64,000 nucleotides of DNA from Candidatus Obscuribacteraceae bacterium (GTDB taxonomy: Bacteria > Cyanobacteriota > Vampirovibrionia > Obscuribacterales > Obscuribacteraceae), in the NCBI GenBank assembly GCA_044226015.1, contig JBGAHS010000005.1, forward strand, positions 608,001 through 672,000. Reading direction: 5' to 3'. Shown here piece after piece: positions 18,449 to 27,975 of the stretch. The notes under the pieces were generated by a model. The model had not been told where the DNA came from. It saw nothing but the letters and a program-made list of their open reading frames with translations, and did not search any database. A program made the translations under genes and the position numbers. How positions within the stretch are numbered: the first letter of the stretch is position 1; every line of letters begins with the position of its first letter.

Positions 18449-19885
18449 GTGATGGAAAGGGCGCTAAACTATAGGCAAGTCCGGCAAAAGTACAGGCTCA
18501 TGACAACAAAACGAATTCTCACAATAAATCTTGCAGTGCTTTGTGCGCTTTCTTTCACAGGGCTTTCGCCCGCGAATGCTCTAGGCTTGAAAAAACCTGC
18601 AGCGAACACTGAGTCTGAGCCTGAGAAAATGGACATCAGAGACAAATGGGCTCTCGTCGTAGGAATCAACAAGTTTGCTGACCCTGCAATCACCGGGCAG
18701 CGGCTGGCACAAAAGAGCGCTTCTGATGTGGCTCGCGCTTTGAAGGACGCAGACTCTGGCCATTTCGGCCTTGACCATGTCCTCTCGGTGAATGGTGCTG
18801 ATGCCAGTAAAGCTGGAATAGAGCAGGCATTCAATGAGTGGTTGTTCAAGAAAGCTTTGCCCGATGATTTGGTTGTTATCTACATGAATTCAAAGCTTGT
18901 CAAAAACGCTGCTGGTGAAATTTTCCTTTGCGCAAATGATTCAAAGCTTGCTGAGCCCGAGAAAACTGCTATAAACCTTCTCGATTTCCTGAAGAATGTA
19001 CGTCAGCGAATTGGTTCGACTCACATTTTGTGCTTACTCGATACGAACGCAGCTTTGGCCAGTGATGCAAATAAATCAATTCATGATTTGAAATGGTTGG
19101 CATCAAACAGCGGTGTGACAGTTCTGGCCGCATCTGATTTGTTGAAACCATCAGGTGATGACCAAACGAGCTTGCAGACATACTTTGTTCACTACTTTGT
19201 TGAAGCGTTAAAGACTGGTGGAGGCAACTTTCCCCTGGCGATGACCGCTGAGTATGTCTGGCAGAAAGTGCAAGAAGCTACGCAGCAATCAGGTGCTCAG
19301 TCCCCAGTTCTTGCTCTTCCAACTGAAAATTCGCAGACCGTTTCAATTCCTATAGGAATGATGGTAAAGAGCTCGTTGCCGCATCAGGTGGCAATCGGTC
19401 ATCCATTAGATAATCTTGGTATGAGCCGACCAGACATTGTTGCTCCTACTAATACTGCTACCAAACCTGGTATCAAACTTCAGGCAAGAAATCCTGTGCC
19501 GAGCAAAGTTGCGAAGCCTGTTGTTCGTTCTGCGGCCGAAGACGAAGATGATGAGGATTTTGACCCTAAATTAGATTTGCGCCCTTACGTGACTAAAATG
19601 AAGGCTGATATCCAGAAAAGATGGGTAACTCCTAAAGGGTTGGAGAGCAAGCGTGTTACAACCATGTTTTCAATCACCCGTGAAGGCAAAATAGTCAATC
19701 CGGAAATTGTCGAGAGCTCTGGAAGTGAGGAGGTAGACAAGTCTGCCTTGGCTGCTCTTGTCGCTAATGTGGATCCGCTGCCGAAAGGTAGCCCGCGAAC
19801 TGTCGATATAAAGTACGTGTTTGATTGGACTTCGAAACCGGTGACAGGTTCGAATAGTCCTGTGACTCCGACTGCGGCAAAGTAG
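18449..19885 (+). CDS. Exported caspase-like (peptidase C14 fold, probably inactive) protein with a C-terminal TonB_C domain
   Basis: Hydrophobic N-terminal signal; DKWALVVGINKF; TonB_C-like KRW..P, GKI...I..SSG...VD..AL. Confidence 0.75.
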   Translation: MMERALNYRQVRQKYRLMTTKRILTINLAVLCALSFTGLSPANALGLKKPAANTESEPEKMDIRDKWALVVGINKFADPAITGQRLAQKSASDVARALKDADSGHFGLDHVLSVNGADASKAGIEQAFNEWLFKKALPDDLVVIYMNSKLVKNAAGEIFLCANDSKLAEPEKTAINLLDFLKNVRQRIGSTHILCLLDTNAALASDANKSIHDLKWLASNSGVTVLAASDLLKPSGDDQTSLQTYFVHYFVEALKTGGGNFPLAMTAEYVWQKVQEATQQSGAQSPVLALPTENSQTVSIPIGMMVKSSLPHQVAIGHPLDNLGMSRPDIVAPTNTATKPGIKLQARNPVPSKVAKPVVRSAAEDEDDEDFDPKLDLRPYVTKMKADIQKRWVTPKGLESKRVTTMFSITREGKIVNPEIVESSGSEEVDKSALAALVANVDPLPKGSPRTVDIKYVFDWTSKPVTGSNSPVTPTAAK

Positions 19886-20326
19886 CTTTCCTATCCACCC
19901 GCGCAGAAAAAACAGAGAGCTGAAGCGGTACCGTTTGAGTTCTAGGGGAAAACCTTCGCTTTTGGCGGAGCAGAAAAACCTGAGAACTGAAGCGGGGCTT
20001 CCTCTTCATCTGTATGCGCCCTGTAAAGACCTAACGGATCCGCGGTTGCCATGTCGAGGACCGCTCATAAGCCGTGCCGGCCGGCTGGAGCTGTCCACAG
20101 CTGTACCTGCATGGATGTGCTACATGAGGAGCAATAGATTAAACCCCGAAACGCCCGCCCGGTGGTTGCCAAGAGAAAACTTTGCTCATCTTGGCGACCC
20201 TCTACGTAGAAACCACATTGACGATCCAGCTGCGGAAGGTTAAGTTAGAAAAGGTGAGGATGAAAAGCCTCGAAAGAACCAAAAGCTAAAGGGTAGTGGC
20301 GGTCAAGGGAGTAACCAAGGGGAATT

Positions 20327-20761
20327 ATGAGCGGCGATTTTGAAAATATCGGTAAAAAGGCAGATGCGGCAGGTGCAGAGAACGCTGCACAGGAAGCTGC
20401 TTCACCTTTCCACGAGGAGCTGCACGCTATAAAAGGCCCCGAAAAGGTCGAAAATAAAGCTTCTGAAGAAAAGGTAGCTCTCACAGGCAAAGATGGCTTC
20501 AAGGAAGGTTCGGGCGAATCCTATTCGGACTACCTGGCAAGAACAATGTCTCCAGAGCAACTTCTTGATGGACTTCGAAAGCATCTCGAAAATTCGATGA
20601 AGAAGATTTCAATGCTAGAGGAAAATGGCTACGGTGACGAAGCCAGGAAAGTGACCGAAGGTGGAAACTTCCTCGGCGGTTATGTGCAAGACTCATCTCC
20701 GGCAGGTGTTCGTAAGTTCTTAGATACCATTGCCGATGCAGTGAATCAGAAAGGCAACTAA
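20327..20761 (+). CDS. Hypothetical protein
   Basis: 144-aa ORF with SD AAGGGG and a downstream terminator. Confidence 0.7.
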   Translation: MSGDFENIGKKADAAGAENAAQEAASPFHEELHAIKGPEKVENKASEEKVALTGKDGFKEGSGESYSDYLARTMSPEQLLDGLRKHLENSMKKISMLEENGYGDEARKVTEGGNFLGGYVQDSSPAGVRKFLDTIADAVNQKGN

Positions 20762-20785
20762 GTAAGAAGTAAGCCAAAAGTCTTG

Positions 20786-20818
20786 AGGTCCTCGCCCCCG
20801 CGGGGACCTTATTTTTTT
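20786..20818 (+). terminator. Rho-independent terminator
   Basis: aggtcctcgc/gcggggacct hairpin followed by a T-run. Confidence 0.8.
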
Positions 20819-20950
20819 GTCATTTCTTTACCGCCAACGCTGGCCAGCTTTTCGCGTTAATTTAGTCCGTTACAATGCTGAAGCCTGTTTCCGCCGTTGT
20901 GTTATTATAACTAGCCGTTATTTGCATATATAAATTAGGAATTCCTAGCC

Positions 20951-21220
20951 GTGCCTAGAATTAAATCAGCTATTAAAAGAGTCGATGTCGCAGAACGCAA
21001 CCGCGAAAAGAATCGTACTTGGAAATCGTCAATCAGAACTGCTCGCAACAAAGTAGAAGACAGCTTGAGCAGCGATGACAGCAAAGTCGCCGCAGATGCT
21101 TTGAGCAATGCATTCTCTATCATCGACCGTGCCGTTTCCAAAGGCGTTCTTCACAGGAACACTGCAGCTCGTCGCAAGAGCAGGCTCGTAGCACAAATCA
21201 AAAGATCCAAAGAAGGCTAA
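20951..21220 (+). CDS. rpsT: 30S ribosomal protein S20
   Basis: PRIKSAIKR...IDRAVSKGVLHRNTAARRKSRL. Confidence 0.97.
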   Translation: MPRIKSAIKRVDVAERNREKNRTWKSSIRTARNKVEDSLSSDDSKVAADALSNAFSIIDRAVSKGVLHRNTAARRKSRLVAQIKRSKEG

Positions 21221-21322
21221 ATTCGACCGCGACGAATTTGCCTAGCTTTAACAAGCAGTTAGCAATGGATTGTCCTATCTCGGCTATGCTGAGCTAGGCT
21301 TTAGATTTTTGCGAGGACATCA

Positions 21323-22801
21323 ATGGAAATAGACACATCCCGCCCGGTTGAGCCAGTGACAGGATCAGTTTCTGACAGTAAGCAAAAGGTCGAGCTAGGG
21401 CGAATCGCCGGACCAATTCATTTTATTGGAATCGGCGGAATAGGGATGTCAGCACTCGCATTGCTTTTGCTGGCGAGAGGCGCGAAGGTGTCGGGCTCTG
21501 ACAAAGCGGCGAGCCCAATCACTGAAGAATTGAAAGCTTTGGGCGCGGATATTCACATCGGGCACAAAGCAGAAAACCTTGGAAAAGCAGAAGCTGTTGT
21601 GGTTTCGACAGCAATTACAAGAGAAAATCCTGAGCTGGCACGGGCTCTCGACAATGATATTCCTGTTTACCATCGCTCTGAAGTGCTCGCATTTTTGTCG
21701 TCGAGCAAGAAGTTGGTAGCTGTTTCTGGAACACACGGAAAGACGACTACCACTGGCATGGTCGCCCAAGCATTGATGGACACAGGCAACGATCCATCAG
21801 TTGTCGTCGGCGGCATTTTTGCTTACATGAAGTCCAATGCGCATGCAGGCAAGAGCGAATATTTCGTAGCAGAGGCTGATGAAAGCGATCGTTCACACGA
21901 GACTTTGCCGTCTGAAATTGCTGTCGTTACCAACATAGAACCAGACCATCTAGAAAATTATCCTGGCGGAATGGAACAGATTCTTGCCACCATGGCTAGT
22001 TTCGCAAATAAGGCTCGCAGATGCGTTGTGCTATGCGCAGATGATGCTGGGTGCAGGCAGTTGCAACCTTTGCTGAAAGGCAAAGTTGTCACTTATGGAA
22101 CACGCGACAAGTCTCCATCAGCTGACTACACCCTTGAGCTTGATACCGAAGGCGGTTTCACCATTTACAATGGCAAGACTCAATTAGGCACGATGCGTCT
22201 GGCCGTTCCTGGCATGCACAATAAGATGAATACGCTGGCCGCTATCGCTGTGTGCATGGAGCTTGGAGTGCCATTTGAAGGTGCTGCCCGGGCTCTCGAA
22301 ACCTTCCATGGTGTTGCTCGCCGATTTGAGCACATTGGTGAGTCTTACGATATTTTGGTAGTCGATGATTATGCCCATCACCCAACCGAAGTTCGGGCGA
22401 CATTGGAAGCCGCGCAGCAGTTTAGAAGAACTAACCGCCCAGGCAAAGAATACGGACGCATTGTTGCTGTGTTCCAGCCTCACCAGCCTGGAAGATTGCG
22501 CGACCTCTGGGACGAATTTTGTGGCGCTTTCCCAAATGCTGATCTAGTTTTGCTTGCAGATGTCTATGTTGCAAGAGGTGGACAGATCGAAGGTATTAAC
22601 TCAGAAAAGTTTGCTCAGGCAGTGAAACACGATAACGCACATTATGTGCAAGGTCCTGTTTCGGAACTGCCGGCAAAAGTCAAAGCACACTTGAAGCCTG
22701 GTGACATCGTTTTGACGATTGGTGCCGGCGATATCACAGGGCTAGGAAAACCTCTTCTCGCATTGATTCGCAACGAGGGTTTTGATGGAACTAACAACTA
22801 A
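21323..22801 (+). CDS. murC: UDP-N-acetylmuramate--L-alanine ligase
   Basis: IHFIGIGGIGMS, GTHGKTTT, EADESD, DDYAHHPTE. Confidence 0.96.
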   Translation: MEIDTSRPVEPVTGSVSDSKQKVELGRIAGPIHFIGIGGIGMSALALLLLARGAKVSGSDKAASPITEELKALGADIHIGHKAENLGKAEAVVVSTAITRENPELARALDNDIPVYHRSEVLAFLSSSKKLVAVSGTHGKTTTTGMVAQALMDTGNDPSVVVGGIFAYMKSNAHAGKSEYFVAEADESDRSHETLPSEIAVVTNIEPDHLENYPGGMEQILATMASFANKARRCVVLCADDAGCRQLQPLLKGKVVTYGTRDKSPSADYTLELDTEGGFTIYNGKTQLGTMRLAVPGMHNKMNTLAAIAVCMELGVPFEGAARALETFHGVARRFEHIGESYDILVVDDYAHHPTEVRATLEAAQQFRRTNRPGKEYGRIVAVFQPHQPGRLRDLWDEFCGAFPNADLVLLADVYVARGGQIEGINSEKFAQAVKHDNAHYVQGPVSELPAKVKAHLKPGDIVLTIGAGDITGLGKPLLALIRNEGFDGTNN

Positions 22802-23693
22802 TATCCCATTATGGCGATTCTCAACCATGAAAGTGGGCGGCGAAGCGCAGCGCTTTTGCCAGCCTCAATCAGCTGAAGAGCTGGTTGAACTCATTGATAA
22901 GTTGAATCGCGATGGTGAGCCATGGCATATTCTGGGTGGTGGCTCGAATACCTTGATTTCATCGGAGGGCGTTGAGGGCTGCGTCATACGCATGACTCAA
23001 ATGACCAAACTTAGTACTCCAGAGCAAGACGTCATTGTTGCTGATGCCGGCACGCGTTTGCCTCATCTAGCAAAATACGCTGCTGGGCTCGGCTTGTCTG
23101 GTCTGGAGTTTGCTGTTGGTATTCCTGGCACCGTTGGTGGTGCTGTGGTGATGAATGCCGGCGCTCATGGCAGTTGCATGGCGAATGTTGTTGAATCAGC
23201 CCTTGTGCTTGATTGCAGGACCTGTGAGATTCGCGAAGTAAGCAAAGACGATCTCAAATTTGTTTATCGCAACTCTGCGATCGACCCAGCTTCTCAGATA
23301 GTACTTTCCGCTAAGTTGCGCATGCTACCTGGCGCTGCCGATGACATTAAGAAGGTTACCGATCACAACGAGGAATATCGCTGGCGCACCCAACCCCTCG
23401 GTTGGCCTAACCTCGGAAGTACTTTCAAGAATCCTGCGCCAGATAAGACGGCGGGTTTCTTGCTTGATAAATCAGGAGCCAAAGAATTTAAAGAAGGGAA
23501 CGCTGCGGTTTCAGCAATCCATGCGAATTTCGTCATCAATTTGGGTGGTGCTTCCACAAAAGAAGTGGTGACATTGTTGCGAAGAATGCAAGACGTTGTG
23601 CAAGAGCGTCACGGGTTGCGCTTGCATCCCGAATGGAAGACTCTGGGAACTTTTTCGGAAAACATATCAGAGATATGGGATGGTGAATCATGA
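22785..23693 (+). CDS. murB: UDP-N-acetylenolpyruvoylglucosamine reductase
   Basis: GGGSN, GIPGTVGGAVVMNAGA, GSTFKNP, HANF. Confidence 0.96.
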   Translation: MELTTNIPLWRFSTMKVGGEAQRFCQPQSAEELVELIDKLNRDGEPWHILGGGSNTLISSEGVEGCVIRMTQMTKLSTPEQDVIVADAGTRLPHLAKYAAGLGLSGLEFAVGIPGTVGGAVVMNAGAHGSCMANVVESALVLDCRTCEIREVSKDDLKFVYRNSAIDPASQIVLSAKLRMLPGAADDIKKVTDHNEEYRWRTQPLGWPNLGSTFKNPAPDKTAGFLLDKSGAKEFKEGNAAVSAIHANFVINLGGASTKEVVTLLRRMQDVVQERHGLRLHPEWKTLGTFSENISEIWDGES

Positions 23694-24673
23694 AACAGTC
23701 GGAAAAAATCACGAAGAAAAGCAAGATAGCAGTATTATGTGGCGGATTGTCGAACGAGCGTGAGGTATCACTTCGTTCTGGAAGCAATTGCTTGGCTGCA
23801 CTCAAGCGTCTCGGTTACGAAAATGCTGAGTCGATAGATGTGAATAAGGATCTGTCGGAACAACTTAAGAAGCATGGCACCGAATTTGCGTTCATGGCAT
23901 TGCATGGTAAATACGGTGAAGACGGCGCAGTTCAAGGCATGCTTGAGCTGCTTGGAATACCCTACACCGGTTCAGGTGTGCTGGCTAGCGCTGTTGCGAT
24001 GAGCAAACCTTTGACCAAGAATTTGTTGGCAGCTAACAATATTCCATACGCACCAACAATAATAATCAGCGAAAGAGAACGAGAAACAGTAGACAGCATT
24101 GTTGCTTCAGTTGATTGGTTGCCCGCGATGGTAAAGCCATTGAATGAGGGCTCTTCGGTCGGTGTTGTGAAAGTTGAGGACAAGTCTGAGATCAAGACAA
24201 AGGTTGTTGAAACTCTAGACCAGTATGGTGGCGTTCTTCTGGAGAAGTACATCAAAGGTCAGGAGATCACTGTAGGTGTGCTGGAAGAGAGCCCAGAAAC
24301 TCGTAATGGTAAGGATATTTGGGCGTTGCCGATTCTCGAGTTGCGTCCAAAATCGAAAGCTGGCTTTTATGACTACGAAGCGAAATACACCAAGGGCATG
24401 ACTGAGTTTATTTTGCCGGCTGAACTATCGCCAGAGTTGACTAAAAAGTGTCAAGAACTCGCTGTGCAAACATTCCGTGCATTGCATTGCAGCGGTTATG
24501 CGCGGGTGGACATGATGGTGAGCGAGGACGGTCAACCTTATGTTCTTGAAGTTAATACACTGCCTGGCATGACTGATACTTCAGATCTACCTGCAATGGC
24601 CCAGGAAACTGGAATGGGATACGACCAATTAGTAGAACGTATTCTATTCAGCTGTGGATTAGATAAGTCGTAG
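23690..24673 (+). CDS. ddl: D-alanine--D-alanine ligase
   Basis: GGLSNEREVS, LHGKYGEDG, GSSVG, YDYEAKY, EVNTLPGMT. Confidence 0.96.
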   Translation: MKQSEKITKKSKIAVLCGGLSNEREVSLRSGSNCLAALKRLGYENAESIDVNKDLSEQLKKHGTEFAFMALHGKYGEDGAVQGMLELLGIPYTGSGVLASAVAMSKPLTKNLLAANNIPYAPTIIISERERETVDSIVASVDWLPAMVKPLNEGSSVGVVKVEDKSEIKTKVVETLDQYGGVLLEKYIKGQEITVGVLEESPETRNGKDIWALPILELRPKSKAGFYDYEAKYTKGMTEFILPAELSPELTKKCQELAVQTFRALHCSGYARVDMMVSEDGQPYVLEVNTLPGMTDTSDLPAMAQETGMGYDQLVERILFSCGLDKS

Positions 24674-25105
24674 CACTTCGGACTGGATAAGTTCCAATTG
24701 TGGAAAAATTTTGGCATTCCAAAAGCTTGCGGGAAAAATGAATAGCTGACCCTTCCGATGATTGAGCTTCCGATTGAGCATTGCGATCAGCGATCAACTC
24801 GCGATATTGAAAAAGCTGCCGCGTTCTTCATCGTACATTTGAAATTTGAAAGTTATTTGAAAACATTGTGATGGAGTTTAAAGTGGTATCACTTTTATAC
24901 AATCGTATGCCAAAATTTTGCCATATTTCTGAACTAAGCTCAGTAATGTGCCGAATTCTATCGACTTGAAACTGCTGTCATTAGCGGGGTTGCGGAGATT
25001 CGTTCGGTGTTATCAATCACTCTTAAAGTGATATGTGAAATATTGGTACCTCTTTCTGAAAAACCAAGTCAGAAGAATTTCACAATACAAAATAACAGTT
25101 TGCGA

Positions 25106-25294
25106 TCAGCGGCTTCTGATGAGGATCATAGGCTTTAATACGATGCAAAAGAAAAAGATACCCGAGAGAACTATCACATCGAATTTTGGTGGCACTAGCT
25201 TGTTTGTCAAAATTCCAACAACCACTAGAACGATGGAAACCCAGTATAGGACCTCATCCAGGTATTCAATCTTTGCGCGAAAGCGAGTTCTCAT
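25106..25294 (-). CDS. Small membrane protein (2 TM)
   Basis: 62 aa, SD GGAG, two hydrophobic segments. Confidence 0.55.
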   Translation of the reverse strand: MRTRFRAKIEYLDEVLYWVSIVLVVVGILTNKLVPPKFDVIVLSGIFFFCIVLKPMILIRSR

Positions 25295-25486
25295 TCAATA
25301 GTCTCCGGTGGATATATGGCCCATTGCCTTCGCCAATCTTCATTGAGTATGTATCGAAAACGAGGAACTTGCAACAGCTTGACATTCGTAATTCTACCTG
25401 TGTGGCGGCAAAGCAGTGGTACAACTACGCACCTTTCACAGCTGCATTTTTCCACATTCATAATCTAGCGATATTGTTAGTTTGGC

Positions 25487-26539
25487 TTAATCAGCGCGTT
25501 TTCCGAGATTGCCAAACCAATTCTTGAATTTATCCACTAATTTGGGCGTGCCACCAGATTCGGTGTCATCGTATTCGTCGTCATCTGCGTCTTCATCGTT
25601 GGAAAATCTACGACGTGAGCGTTTATGAATCTTGTCAATCTCAGCCTCGTATTCAGCCTCGGCATCCATGTTTAAGTCAGGAATTTCGAATTCAGGATGC
25701 AGCTGTTGGTATATGCGGAACAGTTCGAACTGTACAGCCCTCGCGGAAGGCGGGCGGTCATCTTTGTCCTGCGCCGTTAATTCAGTTATTAACGCAGCAA
25801 GATCCGGCATGATCTCCGAGTTGTACTTTCGAGGATCGCACGGCGTTAGTGGTTTAGGCCGCACACCGGTTAGCAAATGATGCATGGTGGCTCCCAATGA
25901 GTAGAGATCGCCGCAGGGTTCTGGTTTACCAAAATATTGCTCGGGTGGTGAGTAACCCGAGGTAACTACTCTTGTCGCAGGACCATCCTTAGGAGTATCA
26001 CGGGCGATACCAAAATCGATGAACACCACCAGTCCATCCGGTTTCAGCATCAAATTGCTTGGTTTGATATCTCGGTAAATAATTGGAGGGTCCGCCGAGT
26101 GTAAATATTCGAGGACATCACAGCACTGAATCGCAATTCGAAGAACCGTATCGGAACTGAGAGTCGACTCGCGTTGAAGTAGCTCTTCAAGATTCTTACC
26201 TTCGATGTATTCCATAACAACGTAGTAACCATTTTCGTTCTCAGAATAATGGTCGGCCAGATATTTGACGATGCCGCGATGATTCAGTTTGTGCAAAAAT
26301 TCGGCTTCACGCTGGCCCATGCGTAGCATTTCAGCTTGTGCCTGCAAGTCACCCTTTTTGTTGTTGAAGATCTTTTTGATTACGCAAGGCGCGTGCCCAT
26401 TCGACTTATCTTCGACAAGATAGACTTCGCCCATGCCACCACTTCCCAGTGGTTGTATAAACTCGAACCGGTCGAACCACGGGTCGGTAAGAAAATCATC
26501 GTCGTCGTCGTCAAGGTCCATTTTCGTCAGCATGTCCAC
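25487..26539 (-). CDS. Ser/Thr protein kinase (Hanks type, soluble)
   Basis: LGSGGMGEVY, YRDIKPSN, DFG, YSPPEQ. Confidence 0.92.
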   Translation of the reverse strand: MDMLTKMDLDDDDDDFLTDPWFDRFEFIQPLGSGGMGEVYLVEDKSNGHAPCVIKKIFNNKKGDLQAQAEMLRMGQREAEFLHKLNHRGIVKYLADHYSENENGYYVVMEYIEGKNLEELLQRESTLSSDTVLRIAIQCCDVLEYLHSADPPIIYRDIKPSNLMLKPDGLVVFIDFGIARDTPKDGPATRVVTSGYSPPEQYFGKPEPCGDLYSLGATMHHLLTGVRPKPLTPCDPRKYNSEIMPDLAALITELTAQDKDDRPPSARAVQFELFRIYQQLHPEFEIPDLNMDAEAEYEAEIDKIHKRSRRRFSNDEDADDDEYDDTESGGTPKLVDKFKNWFGNLGKRAD

Positions 26540-27001
26540 TACATAGTAGCTTTCATATTTAACCCAAAAAACGGCTCAAACTAACTATCTAGCCTGGCAT
26601 TTGCCACATTTTGAAATACGAATTGAAATCGAAAGCGGCTGTATATGCAGTTGCTGTAGTGCAGTACTCCTGTAGTACTCTTCCTGTGCCCAGTAGGCGG
26701 TCGTACTTATCCTGTCTGGCTCAGCGTTATTCAAACTGACTCGCAGTCTTGATTCTTGGAATCGATGCGAATGATTGAGAAGCTACTCGTATGTATGTGT
26801 ACCATACACGCGTTCTTGACAAGTCGGTCCCGCTAATGTTAGTACAGGCGGTCGTTTCAGAAATTTTTCCAGGCGAAAAGAAAATGATTGACATACGGAT
26901 GTATGGGTGTTATCTTTTTCCCATCTCCCCAATTTAACTAACCAATCTAAAGAAGCGGCATCGGGTACGATGCAGCTCCATTTTTGCCGGAGGAATTTAC
27001 A

Positions 27002-27475
27002 ATGAGCATGAGCAATATATCCATAGTGGGGAACCTCGCCAGAGCACCCGAGCAAATCTGTTTCGCGTCAGGCAAAATCAAGACTGTTTTGGTTGTGGCG
27101 GTGGATGGTCAAAAAAGTCCAGATAAAAGCAAAACTGAAACTGATTTCTACAAAGTTGAGACATGGGGAAGGCTTGCTGAACTCGCACAGAAGTATCTCA
27201 ATAAGGGTCAACAAATTGGAATTTCTGGAAGGCTGATTATGGAACATTGGACTGACCGGGAAGGGCAAGAGCGCCTGACACCGGTAGTCTCAGCTACTCA
27301 ACTTTCCTTCCCACAAAGAATGAATAAACCTTCTCTAGTTTCCTCCGGTTCTGAAAAATCGAATGAGGACTACGACGATGGAAGTGAATTGTTTGAAGGA
27401 GCCCGCGCGATAACCGTAGCGGAACCACCCGCATATTACTTTAAAGCCAGACCTCGCCTCCACGCTGTTCGCTAA
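27002..27475 (+). CDS. ssb: Single-stranded DNA-binding protein with an atypical C-terminus
   Basis: SIVGNL..PE, TDFYKVETWGRLAE, KG.QI..SGRL...W; SD GGAGG before ATG 27002. Confidence 0.85.
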   Translation: MSMSNISIVGNLARAPEQICFASGKIKTVLVVAVDGQKSPDKSKTETDFYKVETWGRLAELAQKYLNKGQQIGISGRLIMEHWTDREGQERLTPVVSATQLSFPQRMNKPSLVSSGSEKSNEDYDDGSELFEGARAITVAEPPAYYFKARPRLHAVR

Positions 27476-27975
27476 TCGCATCCTGCTGCGATCACACACA
27501 CACAGACTTACCTGAACAAAAGGAGTAGAAGGGAATGAGAACCACGACCACAAGGAGGAAAATGCGCTCAGAAATGAATGCTTATTGCCGACCGCCTTAG
27601 GCGGGATCAGGCAGGTCGCATCCAAGCATTGAGTTGATGAGTCGCACTTTTGCTTAAGCCGATTTGGCTCCAATATGATCAAAAAAATGCTTGCTTGCAA
27701 TAACCTGTCTTCAAAGTGGTGGCGCGCGATTGATGTATCGCTGTTATAACCTTCGAGACTTGCATCCTTGCCCTCTCTACATGGTTTCTTGCACAGCATC
27801 CCGCGACATTTCGCGCGCGATCACTTTAAGGACAGGCTTCTTCTCTCCGAGTTCGAATCGCTGTCGGAAGGCTTCGGTATCGAGCCTACTGGACCTCCTC
27901 TTGATGACTGTTTGACGTTAATTCGTTGGGCTTCTAACATAGTAAGCTCCATCAAGCGCAAAGCCATCAGGGTGA

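Noticed and set aside
19935..20250. tmRNA, RNase P, SRP, cobalamin riboswitch or hammerhead identity for the structured region
   Set aside because: Diagnostic motifs (tRNA-like ends, GAGGAAAGUCC, the SRP GGAA loop, the B12 box, CUGAUGA) were not found on either strand.
24650..24710. Second DnaA-box cluster after ddl
   Set aside because: Only one good match (TGTGGAAAA at 24699); the others are too degenerate.
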